Made by a program: the position numbers and the translations under genes. Below are positions 1 through 9,643 of a stretch of 64,000 bases of DNA, piece after piece; within the stretch, counting starts at the first letter, position 1, and each line of letters begins with the position of its first letter. Below the pieces are notes generated by a model. It ran no database searches. It was given only the letters and a program-made list of their open reading frames with translations, and was not told the origin of the DNA. The stretch is taken from positions 211,367-275,366 of the IMG/VR virus record IMGVR_UViG_3300021959_006010. One strand, 5' to 3'.

Positions 1-59
1 CTTGCAGCATTACTTCTCGTAAACGGATTACATTACGCAGGTGTATTATAAGTATTGCT

Positions 60-242
60 ATGGCAAAACCTAATACAAAATTTAATCTAAACGTAAGAGA
101 CTTAGAGCTGATTGAGTCAGCTCTATTCCTATTTCAAACAAATGCAGATGATGCGAGCAAACGTGAGATACAAGAACTTCGAGCAAAACTGCATCATCAA
201 AAAGTTTGGTATAGACCAAAAAAAGATTATGTTAGTGGTTGA
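60..242 (+). CDS. hypothetical protein
   Basis: 60-aa ORF; TAAGTA-N5-ATG late-promoter-like leader. Confidence 0.7.
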   Translation: MAKPNTKFNLNVRDLELIESALFLFQTNADDASKREIQELRAKLHHQKVWYRPKKDYVSG

Positions 243-267
243 CAAACACTAAATAATACGTTACATT
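239..267 (+). promoter_or_regulatory. sigma70-type promoter with a late-type TAAATA box in its spacer
   Basis: TTGACA 239-244, 17 nt, TACATT 262-267; TAAATA at 250. Confidence 0.6.
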
Positions 268-309
268 AATAATGTAGCCAACTACACACATACACAGAAG
301 GAGAATATT

Positions 310-624
310 ATGAGCGTAGAAACAAAGTACGGCGAAACTATCTTGAAACAAACACAAGAGATTGCAGATATGTTCAAGCAAGCAATGCCAAAAGTCACAA
401 CAAATAAAAATGGATACGAAATCCGCACCAAGGTGCTAGAAATGGCACAAAACAATGTATGGCAAGATTACCACGCCAAACTAGGTGCGTTTGAAACTGC
501 TGTTACTAAGGAAGGTGACGAAGTTGTAACTAAAGTGTCAATGCCAGAAGTACCAGGCGTTGATGCTGTAATGGAAGCAGCTGAGAAGTTTTACGATTTT
601 GTAAACGGCAAAACTAATAAATAA
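310..624 (+). CDS. hypothetical phage protein
   Basis: 104-aa ORF with AAGGAG RBS. Confidence 0.8.
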   Translation: MSVETKYGETILKQTQEIADMFKQAMPKVTTNKNGYEIRTKVLEMAQNNVWQDYHAKLGAFETAVTKEGDEVVTKVSMPEVPGVDAVMEAAEKFYDFVNGKTNK

Positions 625-688
625 AAGTACAATAATAACTATTACCTTTTTAGGGCATAGCCCTTTATTATAATAATTTACAACAAGC

Positions 689-721
689 AGCCCCTCGTTT
701 AGTTCTACTAGGCGGGGGGTT
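689..721. terminator. probable terminator between convergent genes
   Basis: GC-rich imperfect inverted repeat CCCCTCG...CGGGGG. Confidence 0.5.
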
Positions 722-727
722 AATCTT

Positions 728-1489
728 TTAAGGGCCGAGATTGTTAAGTTGGGTTTGATTGTCTTTTTCGTGTAGGATGCCTTCACAAAACACACCAATA
801 AACTGTGTGCCTGCTGATCCTTTTAGTTGGAACTCAATGTCTGTGCATTCATCATATACAAACGGTAACTGTCTGTCAATGATCATCTGCTCAAGGAACT
901 CTGTTTGAGCAACACGAAGGACAACACCAGTCTTTAGTCTAGCAACATTGCGGAAGGCCAGTGTTCTATTGTTGAGTGAGGCGCTGGCACAGAACGCTGA
1001 TATACGAAGCAGAGCAAACTGATAGCCTCTTGGCACGGTGTAGATACTTGCTTGATTCTTGCCTGTGCCTGCTAACATTTTAGCATAGGTAACAGTGTTG
1101 CCTGCGTTGGTTAATGTAATGTCATTGTTTGGATCACCAAACGCTCCTCCTGGTGTAGCAATCGTAACCAAGTCATTTATTCTCAAGTATTGATTAGTTG
1201 TTGTCTGTGTCACAGGAGTTGCTGTTAGTGTGATAGTTTCTTGTATCTCATCATAGTTCTCATCCAACCCTTTGATGAGGACGGTGTAGCCTGCGTCTGC
1301 TGTGTTCCAGCGTAGCGTCATTGTTTCAGCGGCTGTGGGATAGGTGTAGGCTGTTGCGTTCTCCCAGGCTGGGATAAAGGTTGTGCCTATAGAAGCATTG
1401 TAACCAAAGATGTTGCGTACTGAATTACCTTTGCTTTTGCCTAATGCAACAGCACTGTGCCAATCTATATAATTACGATTACTTGCCAA
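728..1489 (-). CDS. hypothetical, probably virion structural protein
   Basis: 253-aa Thr/Ala/Gly-rich, beta-rich ORF; TTG start. Confidence 0.6.
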   Translation of the reverse strand: MASNRNYIDWHSAVALGKSKGNSVRNIFGYNASIGTTFIPAWENATAYTYPTAAETMTLRWNTADAGYTVLIKGLDENYDEIQETITLTATPVTQTTTNQYLRINDLVTIATPGGAFGDPNNDITLTNAGNTVTYAKMLAGTGKNQASIYTVPRGYQFALLRISAFCASASLNNRTLAFRNVARLKTGVVLRVAQTEFLEQMIIDRQLPFVYDECTDIEFQLKGSAGTQFIGVFCEGILHEKDNQTQLNNLGP

Positions 1490-1492
1490 AGG

Positions 1493-2482
1493 TTATAGCC
1501 CCCATTTGTTTGATAGATAGTTTTCAACGTTAGCATATTCTGTTGCACCAAGTACCCTACTAAACATGATAACTTCACCTACAAATCCTGTTAAGTTGCT
1601 TGTGCTTGGATCTCTTGCACCAATATAATAAGTGTCTGCTGTTGCTTGAGTTGATCCGCCTGCTACTGCTGTTGCTTCTTGCGTTTTATCTAATCTATAA
1701 GTTAAACTAGTATTAGCACCGTCGTATACTAGAGTATGGATGTGCCAGTTAGTATCAATCGGTGTCGTACCTGTAGCAGTGCCACCTGATACGTTTGCTG
1801 CAAAGTTAGTACCATTAGAGTAAATGCTTAACCCGCCTTCGTTAGTTGATCCAAAGTATTGTGTTCCTGTGGTTGTTACAAGAGCGCCTACAATAAAGAT
1901 TGTAAATGCGTCAGCACTTGTTATTGCTGTAAATGGATTGATGCTTAGATTGTCGTTGCCGTCAAACTCTAAATAGCCGTAGCCATTTTGCAGTACTGTA
2001 TTTTCGTAACTAGGTTTGGCACTGCCGCCATTAGGATTGGCATTGTGGGCAAAGTTTGATTTATCAGTCCATTGTGTAATCTGTCCTTCGTCTGTAGCAT
2101 TAGGTATATAGGTACTTAGGTCAGCACCGTCATACCAAATCTGTAGGTCAGCAATACTTCCACCGTCAACTGATTCTTCAATACTTGTAGGCTCTGCAAT
2201 AGCACCAACTGCAATCCAAGGACGCTTAGGTAGTAGTCCGCCTGTGTTTGGATTGTCATCTGCACCTGGAACATTTACATTATAGATATCCGGTAAACTT
2301 GTTATATCATATGTATTGTTTGGACGATATGCAATAGCAGTATCATCATCAATTCCATTGTCACTCCAAGTGCCGCCACCTTCAGTAATAACTCTGCCTT
2401 TGCGTTTTGCCGCAGCAAGATCGAGTTTAGCAAGTTGTCTTGCATCTTTAGTTGGGATTGTTGATATACCGTTGGCTGCCAT
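1493..2482 (-). CDS. LamG/concanavalin-like domain virion protein
   Basis: IWYDGAD...WTDKS N-terminal motif, NWHIHTLVYDG, IGA...FVGEVIMFSRVL...VENYLSNKWG typical of phage LamG-like domains. Confidence 0.7.
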   Translation of the reverse strand: MAANGISTIPTKDARQLAKLDLAAAKRKGRVITEGGGTWSDNGIDDDTAIAYRPNNTYDITSLPDIYNVNVPGADDNPNTGGLLPKRPWIAVGAIAEPTSIEESVDGGSIADLQIWYDGADLSTYIPNATDEGQITQWTDKSNFAHNANPNGGSAKPSYENTVLQNGYGYLEFDGNDNLSINPFTAITSADAFTIFIVGALVTTTGTQYFGSTNEGGLSIYSNGTNFAANVSGGTATGTTPIDTNWHIHTLVYDGANTSLTYRLDKTQEATAVAGGSTQATADTYYIGARDPSTSNLTGFVGEVIMFSRVLGATEYANVENYLSNKWGL

Positions 2483-2557
2483 TGTCTATTCCTTAGCACT
2501 TGCAGTTTGAACCGCAGTTGCAATTTTCACATTTACAATTTGTGTTATTACATTTCA

Positions 2558-2839
2558 TTATTCATATCCTCTCGGGTCTTTAATTCTAATATCTGCAGGG
2601 TCCTTAGGACCGTTTACTCCGCCGCCTGCAAGTGTTGTAACTGCGTCAACTGGAGCAACAACCTCATTTGGTGTGTTTGAATACTCGCCAAAACTATTTG
2701 CATCTAGCATTGCTAAGATTTGACGGAATCTATCGTTTGGTTCGTCATTTTGATGTATATGGACATCTGCCTTTACCTTTTGCTCATCTTCAGCATCAAG
2801 TATATCTAGAACAGCTCTTAATAGGTCTCTTGCACTCAT
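2558..2839 (-). CDS. hypothetical protein (possible head-associated)
   Basis: 93-aa ORF; TAAATA box upstream; motif shared with 40403-41020. Confidence 0.65.
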   Translation of the reverse strand: MSARDLLRAVLDILDAEDEQKVKADVHIHQNDEPNDRFRQILAMLDANSFGEYSNTPNEVVAPVDAVTTLAGGGVNGPKDPADIRIKDPRGYE

Positions 2840-2879
2840 ATGTTAAACTCCATTGTTACGTATTTAGTTAAATAGGATT

Positions 2880-4079
2880 ATGATAGATAAAGAACCTTTT
2901 GAACAAGTAATAGAAACTCTAAAACAAGAAGGCAAATATCGAGTGTTTAACGATATACTTCGAGAAAGAGGAGATTTTCCAAAAAGTATATGGTATGGTC
3001 CGTATGCTATTAAAAATATTACTAATTGGTGTTCAAATGACTATCTCGGCATGGGTCAAAACAAAGTTGTTATTGATGCTATGCACACTGCACTTGACCA
3101 AACAGGAAGTGGGTCAGGTGGAACTAGAAACATTGGCGGCACATCACATTATCATGTAGCGTTGGAAAGAGAACTAGCGTCTTTGCATAGCAAGGATGGT
3201 GCGCTTTTATACTCGTCAGCGTATGTTGCCAATGAGTGGTCACTAATCGCTTTAAGCAAGATCATTCCCAACATTGTGTTCTTGAGTGATTCAAAAAATC
3301 ACGCAAGCCTCATACAGGGTATCCGGCACAGTGGTGCTGACAAGTTAATTTGGCAGCACAATGATATGAGCGATTTAGAGGAGAAATTGGTACAGGTTGC
3401 CGCCAGGAATCAAGTCCCCTGCATTGTATTCGAGTCCGTATATAGTATGGATGGCGATGTGAGTCCAATTTCTTCGATCTGCGATCTAGCAGACGCTTAT
3501 GGTGCTATAACCTATATTGACGAAGTCCACGCTGTAGGGTTGTATGGAACAGGTGGAGCAGGGTATCTAGAACATCTAGGTATTCAATCAAGAGTTGATA
3601 TAGTTAATGGTACATTAGGTAAGGCCTTTGGTGTTCAGGGCGGTTATATTGCAAGTAACGGGACCGTCGTAGACGCAATTCGCAGTATAGCAAGTGGATT
3701 TATTTTTACTACCAGTATGAGTCCTGTGATTTGTGCTGGCGCCCTAGCATCAATTAAATATTTACGAGACCATAACGAACTAAGAGAACAACACCAAGAA
3801 AGAGCAGCTACACTAACACGTATGTTAAAAGAAGCTGATATCGAAATACATGCAGATGCATGTACCCATATTGTTCCTGTTATGGTGCGTGATGCTGTAC
3901 GTTGTAAAGCCATGAGTGACTCGTTGCTTAACGACTATGGTATATACATACAACCGATCAACTATCCGACAGTTGCGGTTGGAGAAGAGCGTCTTCGCAT
4001 CGCGCCTACTCCGTTACATACTGATGCGATGATGAGCGACCTAGTTGTCGCACTAAGAAAGGTCTTTAATGCAAATTAA
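2880..4079 (+). CDS. hemA: 5-aminolevulinate synthase (PLP-dependent, class II)
   Basis: [57 protein letters not shown] (PLP Lys), [17 protein letters not shown]. Confidence 0.95.
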   Translation: MIDKEPFEQVIETLKQEGKYRVFNDILRERGDFPKSIWYGPYAIKNITNWCSNDYLGMGQNKVVIDAMHTALDQTGSGSGGTRNIGGTSHYHVALERELASLHSKDGALLYSSAYVANEWSLIALSKIIPNIVFLSDSKNHASLIQGIRHSGADKLIWQHNDMSDLEEKLVQVAARNQVPCIVFESVYSMDGDVSPISSICDLADAYGAITYIDEVHAVGLYGTGGAGYLEHLGIQSRVDIVNGTLGKAFGVQGGYIASNGTVVDAIRSIASGFIFTTSMSPVICAGALASIKYLRDHNELREQHQERAATLTRMLKEADIEIHADACTHIVPVMVRDAVRCKAMSDSLLNDYGIYIQPINYPTVAVGEERLRIAPTPLHTDAMMSDLVVALRKVFNAN

Positions 4080-4485
4080 AAAATACGCTTACATTGCACT
4101 CGGTTTATTTTGTGTAGGGATGGCTTACGTAGGATTCGTAGTGCCTGGCATACCTTTTAGTATTTTCCTTGTTATTGCTGCTTGGGCATTTGCAAAGAGT
4201 TCTCCGAGACTACACGCATGGTTGTACAACCATCCTTGGTTTGGAGAGTTCCTTACAAACTGGACACACAAAAAAGTATTTCCTACCAAAGGAAAATACC
4301 TAATGCTGTTAGTAATGAGTAGCAGTTTAGCATTTCTTTGGTTCTCTACAGGCAACATCAAGGCTGTAGCATGGAGCGGCGGGTTTATGGTATTAGTTGC
4401 TATATGGGCTTGGCGTTACCCGGGTTCAGTTGAAGAACAAGAACGCAGAGTCAAAGAAGGTAAAAAAATTGCATGGCTCAAGTAA
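4069..4485 (+). CDS. ybaN: YbaN/DUF454-family inner membrane protein
   Basis: G.VVPGIP...F...[23 protein letters not shown] pattern; overlaps the hemA stop. Confidence 0.85.
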   Translation: MQIKKYAYIALGLFCVGMAYVGFVVPGIPFSIFLVIAAWAFAKSSPRLHAWLYNHPWFGEFLTNWTHKKVFPTKGKYLMLLVMSSSLAFLWFSTGNIKAVAWSGGFMVLVAIWAWRYPGSVEEQERRVKEGKKIAWLK

Positions 4486-4990
4486 GCCATGTACTCCAAC
4501 TAGGATGTCTTATCTCAAATTCAATCTGCTTACGATTATTTGCTAATTCGTAATAGGTTGGACGATAAGGCATCATTTTTGGTCTTATGTTTGTTTTGTT
4601 ACCTTTTCGTGAGTTACAAGGGTTACAAGCACTGACAATATTTTCCCATGCAGTTTTTCCTCCCTTTGAAATAGGGTGTACATGATCAAGTGTTAGTTCT
4701 TTTTGGGAAAATTTAGAGTTGCAGTATTGGCAGACGAACATATCTCTTAGGTGGACGTTGTATTTGGAAAAACGTGGATTCCGTCGCCGCTTGTACATGT
4801 CTTTCAACATAATTACTGCGGGAACCCGTGTCTCCCAACTGCTACTTCGTACTATCCAATCATCGTACCATTCTAGTACGTGTACTTTCTCTAGCCAAAG
4901 ATATGTGATTGCTTCTTTCCACTGAATAGTGGAGGGTGGTAGTAGTGATACAGGCTGTCCGTCTGCATTGAGTACAAGTGTGTCTGCCAT
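4478..4990 (-). CDS. HNH endonuclease
   Basis: LVLNA...P, RD.F.CQYC, TLDHVHP..KGG...WENIVSAC.PCNSRK. Confidence 0.9.
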   Translation of the reverse strand: MADTLVLNADGQPVSLLPPSTIQWKEAITYLWLEKVHVLEWYDDWIVRSSSWETRVPAVIMLKDMYKRRRNPRFSKYNVHLRDMFVCQYCNSKFSQKELTLDHVHPISKGGKTAWENIVSACNPCNSRKGNKTNIRPKMMPYRPTYYELANNRKQIEFEIRHPSWSTWLT

Positions 4991-5019
4991 TGTGATCCTC
5001 TTGCGCTTTATACTATTAT

Positions 5020-5226
5020 TTATAAATCAATCGAATCGACTGGTATGCAAACGGCCTGTTGATTGGTGTGGAAGTATCCGTCGCCTCGTCCGACTTGTAA
5101 TGAAAGAGCTTCTCGTGCAGAAAAGCATTCGTACATATCTACAAAGGTAACTCCAGGACCCATAGCATTGATTGCTAGCGGTTCGTTTCCACTCACTATT
5201 ATATAAACCAACATCCATTTGATCAT
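5020..5226 (-). CDS. small hypothetical protein with hydrophobic N-terminus and Cys pair
   Basis: 68 aa, translationally coupled to the upstream ORF. Confidence 0.65.
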   Translation of the reverse strand: MIKWMLVYIIVSGNEPLAINAMGPGVTFVDMYECFSAREALSLQVGRGDGYFHTNQQAVCIPVDSIDL

Positions 5227-5477
5227 GTTTCTTGCGCTCCGTCATTGAGCAACAAGAAACGTTTGAGTTTGTCTTCTCTCATGCAGTACACACGGTCAAT
5301 GGACTTTCCGCCAAATTGCACCATCATGTCACGACGAATTCCACTTGCATTAGATTGTACCCACGACTGACAAGTTTCTAAACTTTCGTGTGAGGGTTCA
5401 GTGTAAAGATAAGTGTCTTGTGTTCCGTCTGCATACAAACCTATGAGCAGTACAAACACATACCAGCTGCCTGTCAT
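5223..5477 (-). CDS. small hypothetical membrane/secreted protein
   Basis: hydrophobic N-terminus WYVFVLLIGL; start re-assigned to MTGSW (coupled overlap). Confidence 0.6.
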   Translation of the reverse strand: MTGSWYVFVLLIGLYADGTQDTYLYTEPSHESLETCQSWVQSNASGIRRDMMVQFGGKSIDRVYCMREDKLKRFLLLNDGAQET

Positions 5478-5845
5478 CTTTCCGGCTCCCACAGCATTGG
5501 ACCTGAGTAGGGTTCAAAACGATTTCCTACTGCTTGCATGCATGCTGTTCCGTCTGGGTATAGCACAACAAAACTAAAAGTGCCTGTGTCCGGATTAACA
5601 AACATCATACCACGTCCTTGAAACCATTCTCCACTCACATGCTGACTTATTACTGTGCTTTCGAACAAAGGATTTTCTGTGTACTTTGCAATGTTAGTCA
5701 TCAGTTGTTGAACACTGTCACACTGCTGTTGTACATAAAACAATCTAGGACCAGTCAAGGGCTGTTGGGGTTGTGGTTCTTCTTGGGCTGAGGCGGGCGC
5801 AACAATGCTGAGCAACACCAGACCAAGTGCAAGTTGCTTCCACAT
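5474..5845 (-). CDS. hypothetical secreted protein
   Basis: signal peptide MWKQLALGLVLLSIVAPASA; AGGAG RBS; TAAATA box upstream. Confidence 0.7.
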   Translation of the reverse strand: MWKQLALGLVLLSIVAPASAQEEPQPQQPLTGPRLFYVQQQCDSVQQLMTNIAKYTENPLFESTVISQHVSGEWFQGRGMMFVNPDTGTFSFVVLYPDGTACMQAVGNRFEPYSGPMLWEPER

Positions 5846-5876
5846 TGTAATCTCCTGTTGTAACAAGTATTTATGT

Positions 5877-6434
5877 TTAGGCTAGATAATTGTCAAACAC
5901 TCTTGAGCTGTGAGTTTGTACTGCTGCGCTCCATTGACTGAGACTGTTGGTTTCAAACACTATACTGTCTGTGGCAGCTGTGGGCAACCAAAGTCCCATG
6001 TCTATTTCTTGTTCAAGTTGTCCTGGGCGCCAAGTTGCACAACCTATGATCATTTTCCAATACACAGGTTCTACTTGTGTGGCCATGCGTTCCAACATCC
6101 AACGATCCGAAGTTATCGAATAGTGTTCGCCAACTCGGCGTGTGTTTGCGCTTGACCATTCTGATGAGTGCAGTAGAAATGCTGCTCTAGGATTTGTTGG
6201 ACCTCCGCGATAGACCGATCGATTCTCCAGTAGATCAACAAACTCTCCTGGAAAGCCTTCGTGCAGTGTAGCATTAGGCAATGGTGCGTTTACTATGAGT
6301 CCTTGGGTGACATTTGGTGCGTGTTCGAATACGTATACACATGTTCTCGCAAACTCACTGCCGTCCAGTCGGGGTGTTGCAATAAGTGCAGTGTCAGCCC
6401 AGTCATTAACTCCAATCGGGAAGTGGTCCGCCAT
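5877..6434 (-). CDS. YqgE/AlgH (DUF179) family protein
   Basis: LIATP.L....FAR.CVY..EH....GLIVN.P, YRGGP, LLHS, G.ATW.PGQLEQEI..G.W. Confidence 0.85.
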   Translation of the reverse strand: MADHFPIGVNDWADTALIATPRLDGSEFARTCVYVFEHAPNVTQGLIVNAPLPNATLHEGFPGEFVDLLENRSVYRGGPTNPRAAFLLHSSEWSSANTRRVGEHYSITSDRWMLERMATQVEPVYWKMIIGCATWRPGQLEQEIDMGLWLPTAATDSIVFETNSLSQWSAAVQTHSSRVFDNYLA

Positions 6435-6651
6435 ACTTCTTTCCCTTGATTTTCTTACCACCTACTTTGACACGTTTTTTGCCCAGTTTGTGACTTTTGT
6501 TTCCGTCACGTCGACGATAGCCTTGCGATTTGCATGATGCGAGTGCGCTGGCACCCAGCGCCGAGTCCGGCTTTGATGATGTGCAAAGGCTGCGGCTAGC
6601 TTGCCAATCCTCTAGATCTTGTTCGCTTGTGAATACTTCTTCTACTCTCAT
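6406..6651 (-). CDS. hypothetical basic protein (possible internal head protein)
   Basis: TAAATA-N5-ATG; acidic N-terminus, Lys/Gly-rich C-terminus. Confidence 0.7.
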   Translation of the reverse strand: MRVEEVFTSEQDLEDWQASRSLCTSSKPDSALGASALASCKSQGYRRRDGNKSHKLGKKRVKVGGKKIKGKKYGGPLPDWS

Positions 6652-6665
6652 ACAGTTATTTAGTC

Positions 6666-6881
6666 TCAGCGATAGCGATCCGCAGGATTTTCCAACTGGT
6701 GATCATCATCCGAACTGAGACAGAATGTGAGTGCCTTTCTCGGACCCCTTGTGGTATTGATATTGATCTCCCCTGAACGCTCGTGAAATTCTATTTTGGT
6801 TATTTCTGCGGGCTCTCGATTCTTGCCTACAAGAATGGTTTGGCCTAGTTCTAGATTTAGGCTGATATTGCGTAATGTCAT
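6666..6881 (-). CDS. hypothetical protein
   Basis: 71 aa; AAGGAGA RBS. Confidence 0.65.
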   Translation of the reverse strand: MTLRNISLNLELGQTILVGKNREPAEITKIEFHERSGEININTTRGPRKALTFCLSSDDDHQLENPADRYR

Positions 6882-6939
6882 GGGAGTTCTCCTTGATCAG
6901 TTTTTGAAACGTGTACAAATATTTATACTAAGTATGAGT

Positions 6940-7251
6940 ATGAATATGAAAAGCGAACCCACTGTGGGCAAACTAGAAACAGTCAACAAATACACACCCG
7001 AAACCATCACCTCAGGGCAATCATACGCATGTCTCTACTCAACACGCATACAGTTAACTGAAGATGGTCGCATACCAGAACCAGGCGAAGCTGCACCAAG
7101 ATCAGAACCTCTAACTGGCTTTGCTGTGATACATCAGAGAGATTTAAACAATCGTCGTCTTACAGTAGTAGATGTTAACCTTGCTATTGAACTAGTGGTA
7201 GATTTTGATGATGTGTGGGACATTGACGAAGCTGTATTCCAAGACGCCTGA
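6940..7251 (+). CDS. hypothetical protein
   Basis: start re-assigned to the ATG 5 nt after TAAGTA (6929-6934). Confidence 0.6.
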   Translation: MNMKSEPTVGKLETVNKYTPETITSGQSYACLYSTRIQLTEDGRIPEPGEAAPRSEPLTGFAVIHQRDLNNRRLTVVDVNLAIELVVDFDDVWDIDEAVFQDA

Positions 7252-7300
7252 AAGGCTTTAGCCCAAAACAAAAGACCCCGCTGTACGTGTAAATACTAGT

Positions 7301-7507
7301 ATGAAACTACTACTACACAGAGAACTCACATGGCGAGAAGAATGCTTTGTACACGCTCTTACAGGCGGTGACTATGACATCACACCTAGAGTTACTCATG
7401 ACGAAATCTCACAGTACGAAATGCACATACCAAGTGATGCGCTTAATAGTAGAGACACTACACTACTGTTATTAGCACTAAGTGAATGTGTTACACGTGG
7501 CGAGTAG
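7301..7507 (+). CDS. hypothetical protein
   Basis: TAAATA-N5-ATG. Confidence 0.6.
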   Translation: MKLLLHRELTWREECFVHALTGGDYDITPRVTHDEISQYEMHIPSDALNSRDTTLLLLALSECVTRGE

Positions 7508-7823
7508 TAGAGGCCCCGCTGCTAATGCACGTATAAAGGAAGAAAGCTCAAACCAACCTGAGTCTTATAGTAGTAGTATAGCTATAGAGGCAGGTTGAAC
7601 ACTGTGTAGTAACCCGTTGATGTGTATAGAGAATATAGTAGAGAAATATGAAAAAGTATTTGAACTATGCCTCCATCGTCCTCAGCCAACGGTTTAGAAA
7701 TCCTATATAAATTCTTGAAAAAAGTGAAGAAAAACCATGAACTACCACAATAGGCCCCGCTGCTATGCGTGTGTAAGCGGTCTAAGACGCCATTTTACCA
7801 GGATGGGACTGATTCTGCCCAAA

Positions 7824-8032
7824 GATCAATGACTTATATAGAGAACCTCAACCAGCCCCGCAGGGGCCCCTACACTACTACTACGCATAGACTCTACTAC
7901 TACACTACTAACACTATAGATATCAATGACTTAGACTACTACACTACTATAGTAGTTCAACACTACACTATAAGTCATTGATATTACTACACTACTATAC
8001 ACTACACTACTACTATACAAATCAATCGCTTA
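7824..8032. promoter_or_regulatory. cluster of IHF-consensus sites in a low-complexity (ACT/ACTAC)n tract
   Basis: WATCAANNNNTTR matches at 7921, 7971 (minus), 8020 and a 1-mismatch copy at 7824. Confidence 0.55.
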
Positions 8033-8148
8033 GTGTAGGGTGTTCAAGTTCTGGCGTCTTTTGGTTTCTTTTAAAAAAATGGTTGACAGGTTGTGGTTTT
8101 GATCATATACTATAAAGACAGTTAGGGTAACACACAGAGGGAAATCAC

Positions 8149-8433
8149 ATGTTGAAATATCAGAATCTTGCACAGGTAGGCGACCGTATCAGAGCGTATG
8201 ACTTCCGCGGTGGTCGTGACTACTACATAGAAGGGGTCGTTACTGCCAAAGGTCGTATTGAAACTCCTCGAGGGGTGTTGATGTATACAGGCTACACCGT
8301 TGACATAGATGTGGACACAATGCCTGGTGCTGGCCGTGTGGGAGATGTTGGTTATGTGCCGTTTGAAACAAGCTTGGACTACGATGAGAGAATTGAACTG
8401 GTGGACACGGAGTTTGCATACTGGGGCAGCTGA
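8149..8433 (+). CDS. early hypothetical protein
   Basis: own promoter, GAGGGA leader. Confidence 0.8.
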   Translation: MLKYQNLAQVGDRIRAYDFRGGRDYYIEGVVTAKGRIETPRGVLMYTGYTVDIDVDTMPGAGRVGDVGYVPFETSLDYDERIELVDTEFAYWGS

Positions 8434-8530
8434 TGAAAAGAACACGCGAACACGAGAACAAAAAAACGGTTGACAGGCGTGTGTGTTGAGGCTATACTGT
8501 GTGTATAGTTAAAAACATAGAGGGCACACT

Positions 8531-8698
8531 ATGCAAACGAACACAAACGAATGGACAACACAGCAGAAGCGCAGGTTAGCGGATGCAGTATTTGAAGCAA
8601 TTGCACTAGCAGAAGCACTGCGTTTAGACTACAGGGTGGATGCTGTAGCAGAATTTGCAGAGGACTTGTATGCTGCTGTAGAAGAAGACGCAGTATAA
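8531..8698 (+). CDS. early hypothetical protein (55 aa, not in ORF track)
   Basis: promoter 8470, GAGGGC 8520, MQTNTNEW... Confidence 0.75.
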   Translation: MQTNTNEWTTQQKRRLADAVFEAIALAEALRLDYRVDAVAEFAEDLYAAVEEDAV

Positions 8699-8782
8699 AA
8701 AGTTTAAAAAAACACTTGACAGTGTGCGTGTACTGTGTTATAGTATACGCATACTAAACATTGCAACAAAAGTGAGGGCTTT

Positions 8783-9232
8783 ATGCAAACAATTAACTAC
8801 AGCACTACAGTAGCGGACTACTACGAGCACTTAACAAATGAGTGTGCGGATGAGACACGTTTTACTATGGATGAACAGTGCTTTGTGCTTGAGTTTTTAG
8901 CAGACACACTAAACGCACTTACACAGCTAAACAGTGAAACACTACGTGAGGAGGGCAACTTTGCACGTATGCAAGACTGTGCGGAAGTAGCGGACAACTA
9001 CGTAATGCTATTAAACAAGTGCAACAGTGAGTATGATGGCGAGGACTGCTATACGTTTACGCTAGAAGATGCGGGTGCTGCTATTTGCAGTTATGACACA
9101 GAGTACAGGGAGTGCATATGCGAGCAGTTTGAAGATGCGCTAAACGAGTACTTTGCACTTGTACAGCAAAACAAACTGCAAAAACTTGACATTGCAAACT
9201 GTTTAGCATGGCGTGTGTTTAACAGTTACTAG
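8783..9232 (+). CDS. early acidic hypothetical protein
   Basis: promoter 8716, GAGGGC 8774; no Pro. Confidence 0.8.
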   Translation: MQTINYSTTVADYYEHLTNECADETRFTMDEQCFVLEFLADTLNALTQLNSETLREEGNFARMQDCAEVADNYVMLLNKCNSEYDGEDCYTFTLEDAGAAICSYDTEYRECICEQFEDALNEYFALVQQNKLQKLDIANCLAWRVFNSY

Positions 9233-9306
9233 AAACAAAACACTTGACAAGTACTGTAGCACATGCTATAGTACTTGTACACATTAAATGCATTAGAGGG
9301 CAAACT

Positions 9307-9519
9307 ATGCAAGTACACATACTACAACTACAAGGCACTGGCGACGACGAGTACGCATGGGAAAACGCAAGCGTTTTTGCAAGCTGGGAAGAAGCACAGG
9401 AACGTGCTGCGCAAATGAGCAAAGAAGACATAGCGGAGTACGGCGAAGCGTTTTGGATAATGGGCGAGAACATGCGCATTGAAACGCACGACTTAGTAGA
9501 CAACAACTGGGGCTACTAA
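9307..9519 (+). CDS. early acidic hypothetical protein
   Basis: promoter 9244, GAGGGC 9296; start MQVH. Confidence 0.8.
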   Translation: MQVHILQLQGTGDDEYAWENASVFASWEEAQERAAQMSKEDIAEYGEAFWIMGENMRIETHDLVDNNWGY

Positions 9520-9643
9520 TACGCAGGCCCCGCTGCTATAAGGGCTGCTATACTACAGTATAGGCAAACTATACACAGTTGCACTTGCATTTTGGTGCAA
9601 CTGTGTTATATTGTTAGCATAACGCATATAGGAGGGCAAACAT

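Larger units (their letters stand above)
7511..9538 (+). repeat. dispersed 14-bp repeat AGGCCCCGCTGCTA (3 exact copies)
   Basis: copies start at 7511, 7752, 9525; partial GACCCCGCTG at 7274. Confidence 0.8.

Noticed and set aside
7860-8030. Possible CRISPR mini-array or ORF 7769-7981
   Set aside because: The repeats are 12-13 bp in mixed orientation with low-complexity ACT spacers. The Thr/Tyr-rich ORF is a by-product of the repeat and has no RBS.
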